A stretch of 64,000 nt of DNA from Candidatus Omnitrophota bacterium (GTDB lineage: Bacteria > Omnitrophota > Gorgyraeia > Zapsychrales > JBDRMG01): assembly GCA_043812495.1 (NCBI GenBank), contig JBDRMG010000016.1, positions 2,137 through 66,136 of the forward strand. The letters run 5' to 3'. The position numbers were made by a program, and so were the translations under genes. How positions within the stretch are numbered: position 1 is the first letter of the stretch; the number at the start of each line of letters is the position of its first letter. Positions 1 through 10,134 of the stretch are shown here, piece by piece. The notes under the pieces are model-generated. The model ran no database searches. It was given only the letters and a program-made list of their open reading frames with translations, and was not told the origin of the DNA.

Positions 1-559
1 GAAAATCTTTTGACCGTTTAGCCCACAGGGTCGTGCGTTCGCACGCTTTTTGGGCCTTCTTATGTTCGCAAGGATACTCCACGCATTCATCCAAAGGCAT
101 CATCATATCTGAGCCGAGGCGATTTTGAATGCGGATAATGTCTTCAGGGGCAAAGAAGTGCAGCTTCCCATCCAAATGAGAATTGAATGTCACGCCGTCA
201 TCTCTGATTTTTCTTAACCTCGCCAAGCTGAAGACCTGATAACCGCCGCTATCCGTTAAAATCGGCCCTTTCCATTTCATAAAAGAATGTAGGCCTCCGG
301 CTTGTTCGATCGTCTCTATCCCCGGACGCAAAAAAAGATGATAGGTATTGGATAAAACGATCTGGAGTTCCAGTTTCACTAAATCCTCAAGCGGAAGCGC
401 CTTCACCGTCGCATTGGTCGCCACAGGCATAAAAAAAGGCGAATGGATGGGCCCATGGGCCGTCTGAAGAAGCGCGCAGCGCGCCTTTGTTTTTGTATCG
501 GCGTGTTCGATCGTAAAAATCTTCTTCAAATTCTGAATGTTCGCAGTGCTTTTCATCAT
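1..559 (-). CDS. tgt: tRNA-guanine transglycosylase, 3' end runs off the window
   Basis: Manual translation: KARCALLQTAHGPIHSPFFMPVATNATVK...LSNTYHLFLRPG...ILTDSGGYQVFSL...GSDMMMPLDEC; follows queA. Confidence 0.95.
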   Translation of the reverse strand, partial: MMKSTANIQNLKKIFTIEHADTKTKARCALLQTAHGPIHSPFFMPVATNATVKALPLEDLVKLELQIVLSNTYHLFLRPGIETIEQAGGLHSFMKWKGPILTDSGGYQVFSLARLRKIRDDGVTFNSHLDGKLHFFAPEDIIRIQNRLGSDMMMPLDECVEYPCEHKKAQKACERTTLWAKRSKDF

Positions 560-565
560 TTTGTC

Positions 566-1570
566 TTAAAGGACCAACATCGCATCCCCGTAGCTAAAAA
601 ATCGATATTGATTCCTGATCGCCTCCTGATAGGCGCGCTTCATAAGCGCATGTCCGGCAAAAGCCGAGACAAGCATCAGAAGCGTACTTAAAGGAAGATG
701 AAAATTGGTTAATAGGATGTCGACGAAATGGAACCGATAACCCGGATAGACAAAAAGATCTGTATTTCCTTGCAACTGTCCCGTATCGGCCACTGTTTCA
801 AGGACCCGGCAACTTGTCGTTCCCACGGCCAGAATCTTCTTTCCCTCTTTTTTGTGACGCTTGATGCGTTTAAAAGTTTCCTGGGTCATATGGTAGCGTT
901 CGGTATGCATTTTGTGTTTTGTAATATCGGTTTCTTCAACCGGTTTAAACGTCGCATAATTAATATGAAGCGTGACCTTTTGAAAAGGATGCCCCTGATT
1001 CATAAGGCGCGTGATGAGCCTTTGGGTAAAATGCAGCCCGGCTGTCGGCGCGGCCACAGATCCTTCTTTATTCGCATACACGGTTTGATAATATCGGCGG
1101 TCGATCGGTTCATCCGCTCTTTTGATATAAGGGGGCAGCGGCATATGTCCGATGCGATTCAATGCCTTGGTCAAATTCTTTTGATTAAAGCGAACCGTGT
1201 TTTTATCGATAATCTCGGCTATCAACCCATTGCCGTCAAACTGAATTTGATCATGATATTTCAATCTTCGCACAGGGCGTAACAAGGCGTGATAAGAATA
1301 CTTGTCGGCCAGCTGATTAAGAAGAAAAATCTCGACCTGCCCGCCTGTTCTTTGCTTGCGCCCTAGTAAACGGGCACAGATGACCTTGCTATCATTGAGC
1401 ACGATCATGCTTTCGGTCGGTAAATATTTTTCCAAATTCGCAAAACGGTCATGCGTTATCGTTTGCTTGTCCCGATTTAGGACTAGCAAGCGCGCTTGAT
1501 CTCTTCTTTTCAGCGGATATTGCGCAATAAGATTTTGCGGCAAATGGTAATCAAAATCTTGCAGTTTCAT
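566..1570 (-). CDS. queA: S-adenosylmethionine:tRNA ribosyltransferase-isomerase
   Basis: MKLQDFDYHLP..IAQYP, GHMPLPPYIKR, GSVAAPTAGLHFT, YRFFSYGDAML; start trimmed to ATG at 1570. Confidence 0.97.
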   Translation of the reverse strand: MKLQDFDYHLPQNLIAQYPLKRRDQARLLVLNRDKQTITHDRFANLEKYLPTESMIVLNDSKVICARLLGRKQRTGGQVEIFLLNQLADKYSYHALLRPVRRLKYHDQIQFDGNGLIAEIIDKNTVRFNQKNLTKALNRIGHMPLPPYIKRADEPIDRRYYQTVYANKEGSVAAPTAGLHFTQRLITRLMNQGHPFQKVTLHINYATFKPVEETDITKHKMHTERYHMTQETFKRIKRHKKEGKKILAVGTTSCRVLETVADTGQLQGNTDLFVYPGYRFHFVDILLTNFHLPLSTLLMLVSAFAGHALMKRAYQEAIRNQYRFFSYGDAMLVL

Positions 1571-1610
1571 AGTTGTAGAAGTAGAAATAGTATTTATGTC
1601 TTTGCTTAAT

Positions 1611-1711
1611 CCCCCCACCACTTTTTATAAAAAAGTGGGGGGGGTCAATTCGGCCTCGCACTTATGTTCTGCCCCACCTTTGGCGGGGCATCCATAAGTG
1701 CGGGCCTCATT
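1611..1711 (+). repeat. Composite palindromic element (CCCC..GGGG hairpin 1611-1644 plus AATTC-hairpin-TCATT 1647-1711)
   Basis: cccccc-a-ccacttttt-ata-aaaaagtgg-gggggg, then AATTC ggcc-t-cgcacttatg...cataagtgcg-ggcc TCATT. Confidence 0.85.
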
Positions 1712-2868
1712 GAAACAATGTCAACGCCGGGATAATAGAATTTTAAAATTTTATCATAGGAATACCTTTCACGAGCCATAAAATTGACGCCCCATTGGCA
1801 TAAACCGACGCCGTGCCCCCATCCTTTTCCGCTAAAATCCATATAATAGCCTTTGGGGATGGTCTGGTAATTATTGCTTTTGATGATATTGGGCCCGATG
1901 ATATCGCGAAAGGTTTTTCCCTCCATCTCTAGAGTCTTATTGTCCCTGGTTGTGATCAAGAGTTTGTCGATGCGTCCGCTTTTATTACGCTCAAGTATCT
2001 CGATATCTTTAATAAGCCAAAGAGCGTATCCCGCCGCATTCAGTTTCTCTTGAATTTCTTTTAACTGAATGTTCTTTTTCCATGAAAAATGAGGTGATTG
2101 TCTGCAATAAGGACAAACAACGCCTTTTAAACAAGGCCAATCCCCTTTCCAAAGATTGCTCGCATCTTCCGTATGCCCGGCGCAGGTGGCATGATAATAC
2201 GCAGGGATGATTTTCCCCTGATAGGTCATGACCAAACCTTTTGTGCGGTTGACAGCAATATTTGTTCGATACCTCTCGGCATGACGTCCGCCATAAACTT
2301 GAGAATAGATATCGCTTCGCACATCAAATGTCTTATTCTTATTAATGTTTTTCTGATAAAGCGCATAGGTTCTGGCCGCCACGGCCTGGGCCTTCATGGC
2401 CTCCATGGGCCAGCGATGAGAAATCTCATGATAAAGAACGCCTTTGATATAATCTTCCAAATCAACGGTATTGACAACGATACCCTGATGGTCTTGCGTT
2501 CTAATAATACTCAGGGAACCTCTAAATCGTCGACGATTGACATAAATAGACGCGTCTTTGGTCGGCTGAATGTTAATCCAATCCAAAGAATATTCTTTTT
2601 CGGCAATCATGATGCTTTTCGATGTAAATTCAACCGTAGAGTCCTTCAGGGCCTTTCTCTCTTCGCTCAGAATATTATTGTGCTGGTCCGTTAACTTATA
2701 TCCGCCCTGGATCGCGCAATCAAAATTCGATATATCCGTTAAGATGGCTACCCTGATCACAGAGGCCGCGGTATTCGTCAGCCCATAGACCGATCGTTGA
2801 GCCAAAGGAATTTGCAACAGTAGACCCAGAGCACATAAAATTGATAATTTTCGCATGCACTTGGTCAT
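1645..2868 (-). CDS. SpoIID/LytB-domain peptidoglycan lytic transglycosylase, exported
   Basis: Signal peptide; VNTVDLEDYIKGV, EAMKAQAVAARTYA, SQVYGG, GWGHGVGLCQWG, ILKFYYPG. Confidence 0.93.
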   Translation of the reverse strand: MTKCMRKLSILCALGLLLQIPLAQRSVYGLTNTAASVIRVAILTDISNFDCAIQGGYKLTDQHNNILSEERKALKDSTVEFTSKSIMIAEKEYSLDWINIQPTKDASIYVNRRRFRGSLSIIRTQDHQGIVVNTVDLEDYIKGVLYHEISHRWPMEAMKAQAVAARTYALYQKNINKNKTFDVRSDIYSQVYGGRHAERYRTNIAVNRTKGLVMTYQGKIIPAYYHATCAGHTEDASNLWKGDWPCLKGVVCPYCRQSPHFSWKKNIQLKEIQEKLNAAGYALWLIKDIEILERNKSGRIDKLLITTRDNKTLEMEGKTFRDIIGPNIIKSNNYQTIPKGYYMDFSGKGWGHGVGLCQWGVNFMARERYSYDKILKFYYPGVDIVSMRPALMDAPPKVGQNISARPN

Positions 2869-3080
2869 GGTTTACGGAATAAATAAAATAGCAGACTTGC
2901 GATGAGGCTCAGAAGAATGCATGTCGTTAAAGGAAAATAGAATGTAAAATTCTCTTTTTTAATCAAAAGATCGCCGGGCAACCGGCCCATTCCGGGAATT
3001 TTGCCAAGGACAATTACCAAAACGCCCAGGCCAATCAAGAGAACACCGATCATAATTAAAACTTTACCGAAATCAAACAT
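2865..3080 (-). CDS. DUF2905 small membrane protein
   Basis: GRLPGDLLIKKENFTFYFPLTTCILLS motif between two hydrophobic helices. Confidence 0.88.
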   Translation of the reverse strand: MFDFGKVLIMIGVLLIGLGVLVIVLGKIPGMGRLPGDLLIKKENFTFYFPLTTCILLSLIASLLFYLFRKP

Positions 3081-3278
3081 AGCTCATTTCTTTTTTCTCG
3101 ACAATCGCATCTTCCTTCGCGTTGGCGATCTGTTATTGTCGAATCCTCTTGCCTTGATTAAGGTTCTTTCTAATTGATGTTGAATGAAAGAACCTGGGCC
3201 ATTCAATCTTTTTCATCATCTATTTGTCTTGCTTTAAGTTAAGAGATACTTATCAATCCAAATCAGAATGGCCCTTGA

Positions 3279-4316
3279 TTAATAGAGTTCTTTCTGAAGG
3301 TTACGATTTGCGGACAAGGGGGCATGGAAATGTTTCAAAGCAGTTTCCGTTATTTGTCGACCGCGCGACGTGCGCTGCAGGAATCCGATTTTCATCAAAA
3401 ACGGTTCAATGACATCGACGATCGTATCGGGCTCTTCGTTGAGAGAGGCGGCCAGCGCCTCAAGACCGACGGGCCCACCCTTATATTGCTTGATCAGCGT
3501 CTCAATCAGGCGTCGATCCTTTTCGTCAAGACCAACATCATCAATGCCCAATTTTGTCATGGATTTTTCAACAAGGGTTTTCGTGATTTGCGAGTCATTG
3601 GCCTTCACTTGCGCATAATCCCGTACGCGCCGCAACAGCCTGTTGGCAATGCGCGGGGTTCCGCGCGCGCGCCGGGCAATTTCACAGGCGGCTTCCTGAT
3701 CAATCGTTAAATTTAATTTGGAAGCGGAGTTGATCACGATGCACCCGAGTTCTTCTTCATTATAGAACTCAAGATGATAGAAAATGCCGAATCGATCACG
3801 CAAAGGAGACGCCAAAAGTCCGCTGCGGGTCGTCGCGCCGATCAACGTGAAGGGTTTGAGATTGAATTTGATAGTCCTCGCATAGGGCCCCTTATCCACC
3901 ACAAAGTCAATCTGGAAATTCTCCATGGCCGGGTAGAGAAACTCCTCGACTGTTTTTGATAGACGATGGATCTCATCGATAAAAAGGACATCGCCTTGCT
4001 CTAGATTTGTAAGAATTCCAATAAAGTCGCCGGCACGGTCGATGGCCGGGCCTGAGGTCACAGTGATACGCGTTCCCATTTCATGGGCCACAATATACGC
4101 CAGTGTCGTTTTTCCTAAGCCCGGAGGACCGCTAAAAAGCACATGCTCCACCGGCTCGCGTCTTTGTTTAGCGGCCTGCAGAGCAACATTTAAATTGTCA
4201 ATCAAGTCTTTCTGACCGACAAAATCCTGCAGCTTAGACGGCCGTAATGATAATCCAACGACGATATCTTCGTCGGTTTCTTGGTTGACGATAATCCTCT
4301 GTCGTTCGTCACTCAT
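3279..4316 (-). CDS. ruvB: Holliday junction branch migration helicase RuvB
   Basis: LRPSKL.DFVGQ, GPPGLGKTTLA, LFIDEIHRL, GATTR, RGTPRIANRLLRRVRD. Confidence 0.98.
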   Translation of the reverse strand: MSDERQRIIVNQETDEDIVVGLSLRPSKLQDFVGQKDLIDNLNVALQAAKQRREPVEHVLFSGPPGLGKTTLAYIVAHEMGTRITVTSGPAIDRAGDFIGILTNLEQGDVLFIDEIHRLSKTVEEFLYPAMENFQIDFVVDKGPYARTIKFNLKPFTLIGATTRSGLLASPLRDRFGIFYHLEFYNEEELGCIVINSASKLNLTIDQEAACEIARRARGTPRIANRLLRRVRDYAQVKANDSQITKTLVEKSMTKLGIDDVGLDEKDRRLIETLIKQYKGGPVGLEALAASLNEEPDTIVDVIEPFLMKIGFLQRTSRGRQITETALKHFHAPLSANRNLQKELY

Positions 4317-5089
4317 GCGTCGTTTCCTTGGGAATTGTCATCCTCTTGTTTTTCTTCAATAATCATGTTGTCTTTATTGCGAACGATTTCAATTTCCCCG
4401 AACAATCTCTTTTGCAGTACCAAAATTTCCTTCAGCCGGATCAATTCTAAAATGGCCATAAAAATCACAACGATTTCTATCTTTATTTGCGCCTGCTCAA
4501 AGAGATCCATCAAGAGAATCTTTGGTTTTTCCAACAAAAGATGCAAGATGTCATGAATTTTCTGTTCGACGGTGTGTTCGTCCTTAATGACTTGGTAAAA
4601 AGTTTCTTTGGGAACATTCTTAAGGACCTTGGTAAAAGCCGTAATCAGATCAAAAAGGCTGGCCTCGAAATAAGTTTCCTTGGCGTCTTCCTTGATCTCT
4701 TGGGTGAGCTCTTCATCGCCAATGCGCGAGAATAGATCCTGACGCTTGAGCTCCTTTTCCCTCAAGTCTTCGGCAATTTCTTTGAATTTTTTATATTCCA
4801 ACAATCGCCGGACAAGTTCATCGCGCGGATCTTCCTCTTGGTCTTCCTGGACAGTCGGATCCGGAGGAAGCAGCATACGGGATTTGATCTGTAATAGAGT
4901 GGCCGCCATCACAAGAAAATCACCGACGATGTCCAAATCCATAAGCTTAATCATTTCCAGATATTCGAGATACTGCTCGGTTACCTCGGTAATCGGGATA
5001 TCATAAATATTGACTTCATTCTTCTTGATGAGATACAAAAGAAGATCCAGGGGGCCTTCAAAGACGGCGAGTTTTAACTTGTAGCTCAT
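4313..5089 (-). CDS. scpA: Segregation and condensation protein A
   Basis: FEGPLDLLLYLI, FLVMAATLLQIKSRMLLP, DPRDELVRRLLEYKKFK. Confidence 0.95.
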   Translation of the reverse strand: MSYKLKLAVFEGPLDLLLYLIKKNEVNIYDIPITEVTEQYLEYLEMIKLMDLDIVGDFLVMAATLLQIKSRMLLPPDPTVQEDQEEDPRDELVRRLLEYKKFKEIAEDLREKELKRQDLFSRIGDEELTQEIKEDAKETYFEASLFDLITAFTKVLKNVPKETFYQVIKDEHTVEQKIHDILHLLLEKPKILLMDLFEQAQIKIEIVVIFMAILELIRLKEILVLQKRLFGEIEIVRNKDNMIIEEKQEDDNSQGNDA

Positions 5090-6069
5090 GATCCGAAAAC
5101 CACCTTTCTGACTTCGGTCATGGTTTTTTGGGCAATGTCTTGAGCCTTTTTGGCGCCCACTTCAAGGATTTGCATAATGCGATCCTTATTCTTGCTTAAA
5201 GCGCGTCTTTTTTCTTGAATGGGCTCAAGCAGTTTCATAATCTCCTGGGCTAAACTCTTCTTGCACTCGGTGCATCCTTTCTTGGCATGAATACACCAGT
5301 CGCATACCTCTTCTGATTTCTGGGGAACAAAAACTTTATAATAGCTATAGACATTGCAAATATCCGGATGGCCGGGGTCGGAAATTCTTATTCTTTGCGG
5401 ATCGGTGACCATGCTTTGAATCTTTTGATAAACGACCTTTTCTTCATCGGAAAGGTTAATGGCGTTATCATAGCTTTTGCTCATTTTTCGATTATCAACA
5501 CCCAAAAGACGCGGTGTCGACGTCAAGATGGCTTCGCAATCCGAAAAAAGATTTGTCTTGTATAGATGATTGAAACGCCGGGCGATCTCCCGCGTAAGTT
5601 CAATATGCGGAAGCTGATCTTCGCCAATAGGAACCGCCTGGGCATGATAAAGCAAAATATCCGCTGCCTGCAAGACGGGGTAACCCAGGAATCCGTATGT
5701 TTGCAAATCTCTCGTTGTGATCTCGCGCAGTTGTTCTTTGTAGATGGGATTGCGCTCAAGCCAACCCAAAGGCGTGATGCACGCAAAAAACATGCTCAAT
5801 TCAAGATGCTCAGGTACGTGGGATTGAACAAAAAGAATGGATTTATTGGGGTCTAAACCACAGGCGATCCAATCCAAAGCCATGTCCGCAATATTTTCGT
5901 TGATTTCCTGGCTCTGTTCGTATTCCCCCATCAGGGCATGCCAATCCACGATGCCGAAGATACAGTCATACTCCTCTTGGAGTTTGATCCAATTGTTCAG
6001 GGCGCCGACCAAATGCCCCAAGTGCAGTTTACCCGTCGGTCGCATTCCGCTAAAGATTCTTTTTTTCAT
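5086..6069 (-). CDS. trpS: Tryptophanyl-tRNA synthetase
   Basis: SGMRPTGKLHLGH, YPVLQAADIL, GEDQLPH, KMSKS. Confidence 0.98.
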   Translation of the reverse strand: MKKRIFSGMRPTGKLHLGHLVGALNNWIKLQEEYDCIFGIVDWHALMGEYEQSQEINENIADMALDWIACGLDPNKSILFVQSHVPEHLELSMFFACITPLGWLERNPIYKEQLREITTRDLQTYGFLGYPVLQAADILLYHAQAVPIGEDQLPHIELTREIARRFNHLYKTNLFSDCEAILTSTPRLLGVDNRKMSKSYDNAINLSDEEKVVYQKIQSMVTDPQRIRISDPGHPDICNVYSYYKVFVPQKSEEVCDWCIHAKKGCTECKKSLAQEIMKLLEPIQEKRRALSKNKDRIMQILEVGAKKAQDIAQKTMTEVRKVVFGS

Positions 6070-8426
6070 AGCGTCCTTGCAATTTTCTCGATTTCATAGG
6101 CCTCGATGATGTCGCCGGCCTGAATCTCGGAATAGTTTTCTAAAGAAATGCCGCATTCGAAACCTTCGCCAACGTCGCGCACATCATCCTTAAAGCGTTT
6201 GAGCGACGAAATAGAACCGGAAAAAACAACCTCTCCGTTCCGCAGGACATCCACTTTAGCCTTGCGATGAATTTTGCCTTTTTGTACGAAGCACCCGGCT
6301 ATGATTCCTGAGCGGCTCAACTTAAAGACCTGACGCACTTCGATTTTCGCCAAGAATTTCTTCTTTAACTTCGGCTCGAGAAGTCCTTCCAAAGCATTCT
6401 TGATATCTTTGATCGCATCATAAATGATCCGGTAGGTGCGCACATCCACGGGATTTTTCTCCAATTCCTGCTGCGCCCGAGGGTCCACATCCACATTGAA
6501 GCCAAGTATAATCGCGTCCGACGCGGCGGCCAAAATGACATCGGAGGAGTTAATCAATCCCATTCCTGTATGGATGAATTTGATCTGCACATCCTTGGTG
6601 GTAATTTTGTCAAGATTCTCTTTGACCGCTTCCAAAGACCCCTGAACATCTGCTTTCAAAATAATGCGAAGCTCCTTGATCGTTCCGGCTTGGATCTGCG
6701 CATACAAATCCTCGAGCGTAATCTTTCCGGTAGACTGCATTTTTTTATGCCGGAGCTGCTGTTGTCTCTGATCTGAAATCTCTTTGGCTTTTCGTTCATC
6801 TTCAACGACATAAAAAATTTCACCGGCTTCGGGAACACCCGAAAGGCCTAAAACCTCTGCAGGATCCGACGGTCCTGCCTCCTTAATCGATCTTTTGTGA
6901 TCATCCAACATGGCCTTGATTTTACCGTAATGCGGTCCGGCAATAATCACATCGCCTTCTTTCAAGACCCCGTTATGCACAATAACAGTTGCCAGCGGGC
7001 CTTTTCCATGGCAAAGTTCGGCTTCGACAACAATGCCCGTCGCCTTTTTCTCATAGTTGGCCTTCAACTCAAGTAACTCAGCTTCCAGTAAAATCATCTC
7101 CAGAAGAGTGTCGATGCCTTCGCCCGTCAGAGCGGAAACACCTGCAACAACCGTTTTTCCTCCCCAATCTTCGGGCGTGAGATCTTTTTTAACGAGTTGT
7201 TTCTTGACAAGATCGGGATCCGCGTTCTTTTTATCGATTTTGTTGAGCGCAACAATAATCGGAACGTTGGCCGCCCGCGCATGATCAATGGCTTCCTCAG
7301 TCTGGGGCATAATGCCTTCCTCAGCCGCCACGACGAGAACAACCAAATCGGTGATATGCGCACCGCGTGCGCGCATCGAGGTAAAGGCTTCATGACCGGG
7401 CGTATCCAAGAATGTTATTTTTCCTTTGGGCAATGTCACGGAATAAGCACCAATATGCTGCGTAATACCACCGTGTTCTTTGTCCGTAAGTTTACTTTTT
7501 CGAATCTTATCCAAAAGCGAAGTCTTACCATGATCCACATGCCCCATAAAGGTGACAATAGGCGCGCGCGGTTTCAATAGTTTCGGATCTTCTCCCTGCA
7601 GCTTATGAAAATCAATAATCTGTTCTTCTCTCGATTTAACTTTAATAAGGGCAAAACCGAATTCCTCAGCCATTTTCTTAACCAGTTCTTCATCAAGACT
7701 CTGATTGATATTGGCAAAGAAACCCTTTTGCATGAGTGATTTAAGAAGAACGCTTGGTTTCTGCTGAAGCCGCACAGCCAGGTCCTTAACGGAAATGGGG
7801 CACGCGATTTCGATTTCTTTTAAAGGCCCTTCGGCCTTTTCTTGAACTTCTTTGACTTGCGCAGTCTCCGGATGCTCAGCAATGTTTTGCGTGTCTTTCT
7901 TTTTGTCTTCAATTTTGAAAGAAGATGAGGTTGGCGCCGCAAAGAACGGTCTTGATCTTTGCTTCATGGAGTAAGGCCGCTTAAGAATAACCTCCTCAAT
8001 GACGGGTTCTTTCTTAATCTCTTTCTTTTTCCCCTCTTGAGCTTTCTCGACTTTAGGCTTTTTGACAGAGACTTTTTTCTCTTTTAAAGCACCCTTTCCC
8101 TTGGCTGTCTTTGTAACCTGCGCTTCGACTTTCTTTGACAGGGAAGGTTTTGCTTCTTTTTGTTTTTCTTGAGTTTCTTTTTTGGCTTTCTTTTCTTTCG
8201 GAGTTTTCGCTTTTGCTTCTTTCGCGGATTTCTCCTGTCCGGTAATTTCCTTTTCTTTTTTTGCCTGAGGCTTGGCAACACCCTTGAGAGCGCTTCTTAA
8301 GACAGCAATCACGGCGACATTCAGCTCTTGCTTGCCGTCCTTGGCCTTCAAATGCAAGGTTTTAAGCTTTGCCAAAATATCTTCGTTGGTGACGCCCAGT
8401 TCTTTCGCTAAATCAGAAACACGCAT
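6066..8426 (-). CDS. infB: Translation initiation factor IF-2
   Basis: [50 protein letters not shown]. Confidence 0.98.
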   Translation of the reverse strand: MRVSDLAKELGVTNEDILAKLKTLHLKAKDGKQELNVAVIAVLRSALKGVAKPQAKKEKEITGQEKSAKEAKAKTPKEKKAKKETQEKQKEAKPSLSKKVEAQVTKTAKGKGALKEKKVSVKKPKVEKAQEGKKKEIKKEPVIEEVILKRPYSMKQRSRPFFAAPTSSSFKIEDKKKDTQNIAEHPETAQVKEVQEKAEGPLKEIEIACPISVKDLAVRLQQKPSVLLKSLMQKGFFANINQSLDEELVKKMAEEFGFALIKVKSREEQIIDFHKLQGEDPKLLKPRAPIVTFMGHVDHGKTSLLDKIRKSKLTDKEHGGITQHIGAYSVTLPKGKITFLDTPGHEAFTSMRARGAHITDLVVLVVAAEEGIMPQTEEAIDHARAANVPIIVALNKIDKKNADPDLVKKQLVKKDLTPEDWGGKTVVAGVSALTGEGIDTLLEMILLEAELLELKANYEKKATGIVVEAELCHGKGPLATVIVHNGVLKEGDVIIAGPHYGKIKAMLDDHKRSIKEAGPSDPAEVLGLSGVPEAGEIFYVVEDERKAKEISDQRQQQLRHKKMQSTGKITLEDLYAQIQAGTIKELRIILKADVQGSLEAVKENLDKITTKDVQIKFIHTGMGLINSSDVILAAASDAIILGFNVDVDPRAQQELEKNPVDVRTYRIIYDAIKDIKNALEGLLEPKLKKKFLAKIEVRQVFKLSRSGIIAGCFVQKGKIHRKAKVDVLRNGEVVFSGSISSLKRFKDDVRDVGEGFECGISLENYSEIQAGDIIEAYEIEKIARTL

Positions 8427-8443
8427 AGATTAAAATTCACTTT

Positions 8444-9655
8444 CTAGGACTCGTTAGCCTTTAATAATTGATGGGCCTCTTTGATAATATTGTTGGCTTT
8501 GACTTTGCCAAGGCCCTTAATGGTTGTCAATTCTTCCGGTTTGGCCGCTGCAATCTTCTCATAAGAATCGTAACCCGCCTCTTGAAGCGCTTCTATTAGC
8601 TTCTGGCCGACTCCGGTTATGCCTTGAAGAGAAGTCTCCTTTTCTTCGCCGGACTCTTGTGGTGCGCTTTCTTTCTTGTCGCCTTTCTCGGCCTTTTTCT
8701 GTTTTTCCTCCCATTGGGACAGAGAGTAAACATTCAGCTCCCAATCCACAAGCTTGGCCGCTAAGCGGATATTCTGCCCTTGCTTGCCAATGCTCAAAGA
8801 CAACTGGTCATCGGCAACGATAATATCGGCTTTTTTGTTCTCCTTGTCCAAGCGCATTTGGCTGATTTCCGCCGGAGAAAGGGCTGCGCGAATAAACTCT
8901 TTGATGTCCGGAGAATAGCGGACGATATCGATTTTTTCTCCGTGTAATTCTGAAACAATACTTTTCACGCGTGAACCGCGCATCCCGACACAAGCGCCCA
9001 CGCAATCAACCTTTTCATCCTTGGATGTTACGGCAATCTTTGTTCTCTGGCCCGCATCACGCGCAATGGCCTTAACCTCCACGATACCTTCATAAATTTC
9101 AGGAACTTCCAATTCAAAGAGCCGTTTAACAAAATTCACATGCGCCCGCGATAAAATGATTTGCGGACCCTTGGTTTCGCGTTTCACATCCAAGATATAG
9201 GCCCGGATACGATCCCCCTGCTTAAATTCCTCCTTAATGGATTGTTCGCTCTTGGGCAAGATGGCTTCCGTTTTTCCTAAATCCACGACAATCGTGCCTC
9301 GCTCAAAACGATAAACGGCACCGCTGACAATTTGACCAACGCGGGTTTGATATTCGCTAAAGACGACATCTTTTTCCGCTTCTCGGATTTTTTGGATCAC
9401 AACCTGCTTAGCCGTTTGAGCGGCGATACGGCCAAAATCTCTGGATTTGATCTCCTGTCCGCCTGCAAAGGCAACGATCTTTCCTGTCTTCCGATCCAAA
9501 ACGGCTTTGACGTCCTCCTCTTTGTCGACAGTCCAGAGTTTTTTGACAGCCGAGGCTACGGCCGATTCCACGGCCTCAATCAAGATCTCTTTATTAATGC
9601 CTTTGTCTCGCTCCAATTGTTCAAGAATCATCAATAATTCACTTTCCATGATCAA
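8444..9655 (-). CDS. nusA: Transcription termination/antitermination factor NusA
   Basis: FGRIAAQTAKQV, GACVGMRGSRV, SIGKQGQNIRLA, C-terminal HhH repeats. Confidence 0.97.
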   Translation of the reverse strand: MIMESELLMILEQLERDKGINKEILIEAVESAVASAVKKLWTVDKEEDVKAVLDRKTGKIVAFAGGQEIKSRDFGRIAAQTAKQVVIQKIREAEKDVVFSEYQTRVGQIVSGAVYRFERGTIVVDLGKTEAILPKSEQSIKEEFKQGDRIRAYILDVKRETKGPQIILSRAHVNFVKRLFELEVPEIYEGIVEVKAIARDAGQRTKIAVTSKDEKVDCVGACVGMRGSRVKSIVSELHGEKIDIVRYSPDIKEFIRAALSPAEISQMRLDKENKKADIIVADDQLSLSIGKQGQNIRLAAKLVDWELNVYSLSQWEEKQKKAEKGDKKESAPQESGEEKETSLQGITGVGQKLIEALQEAGYDSYEKIAAAKPEELTTIKGLGKVKANNIIKEAHQLLKANES

Positions 9656-9666
9656 CCTTTCCTAAG

Positions 9667-10122
9667 CTAAATAATCTGTTTCCCTTTATTAATAGTGTAA
9701 ATAGGTATTTTTATCATTTTTCCTTCGCAGTCGAGCAAAATATTTTCTTCTTGCGCGGCTTGAAGGATTCCCGCATGTTCGATCTTCTCTCCAACAGGTT
9801 CACTCAAAAAAACGCGGATGGCTCGCCCGATAACCCTTGCGAAATCCTTACGTGTCTTTAATGGCCGATCCAGCCCGGGAGAAGATACTTCCAGGGCATA
9901 GCGTCCGGAAATAAGATTTTCCTGCTCAAGGGCGCAACTGATCTGTTTGTTTAATTGCGTGCATTCCTCAACGGTAATACCGCCGTCTGCTCGATCCGCC
10001 AGAATTTCAATGGTGATATCTCTGCCTTGATGGCGTATGTGCAAATCCACCAAATCAAGTTGTGTCTCTTCAAAAAATGGCTTGGCTAACTCTTCTATTT
10101 GTTCCGGCAATTGATCCATCAA
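9667..10122 (-). CDS. rimP: Ribosome maturation factor RimP
   Basis: GGITVEEC, YALEVSSPGLDRPL; upstream of nusA. Confidence 0.95.
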   Translation of the reverse strand: MMDQLPEQIEELAKPFFEETQLDLVDLHIRHQGRDITIEILADRADGGITVEECTQLNKQISCALEQENLISGRYALEVSSPGLDRPLKTRKDFARVIGRAIRVFLSEPVGEKIEHAGILQAAQEENILLDCEGKMIKIPIYTINKGKQII

Positions 10123-10134
10123 AACCTCGAGGGC

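Noticed and set aside
7850-8300. Lys/Glu-rich low-complexity stretch
   Set aside because: Normal variable N-terminal region of IF-2, not a tandem repeat.
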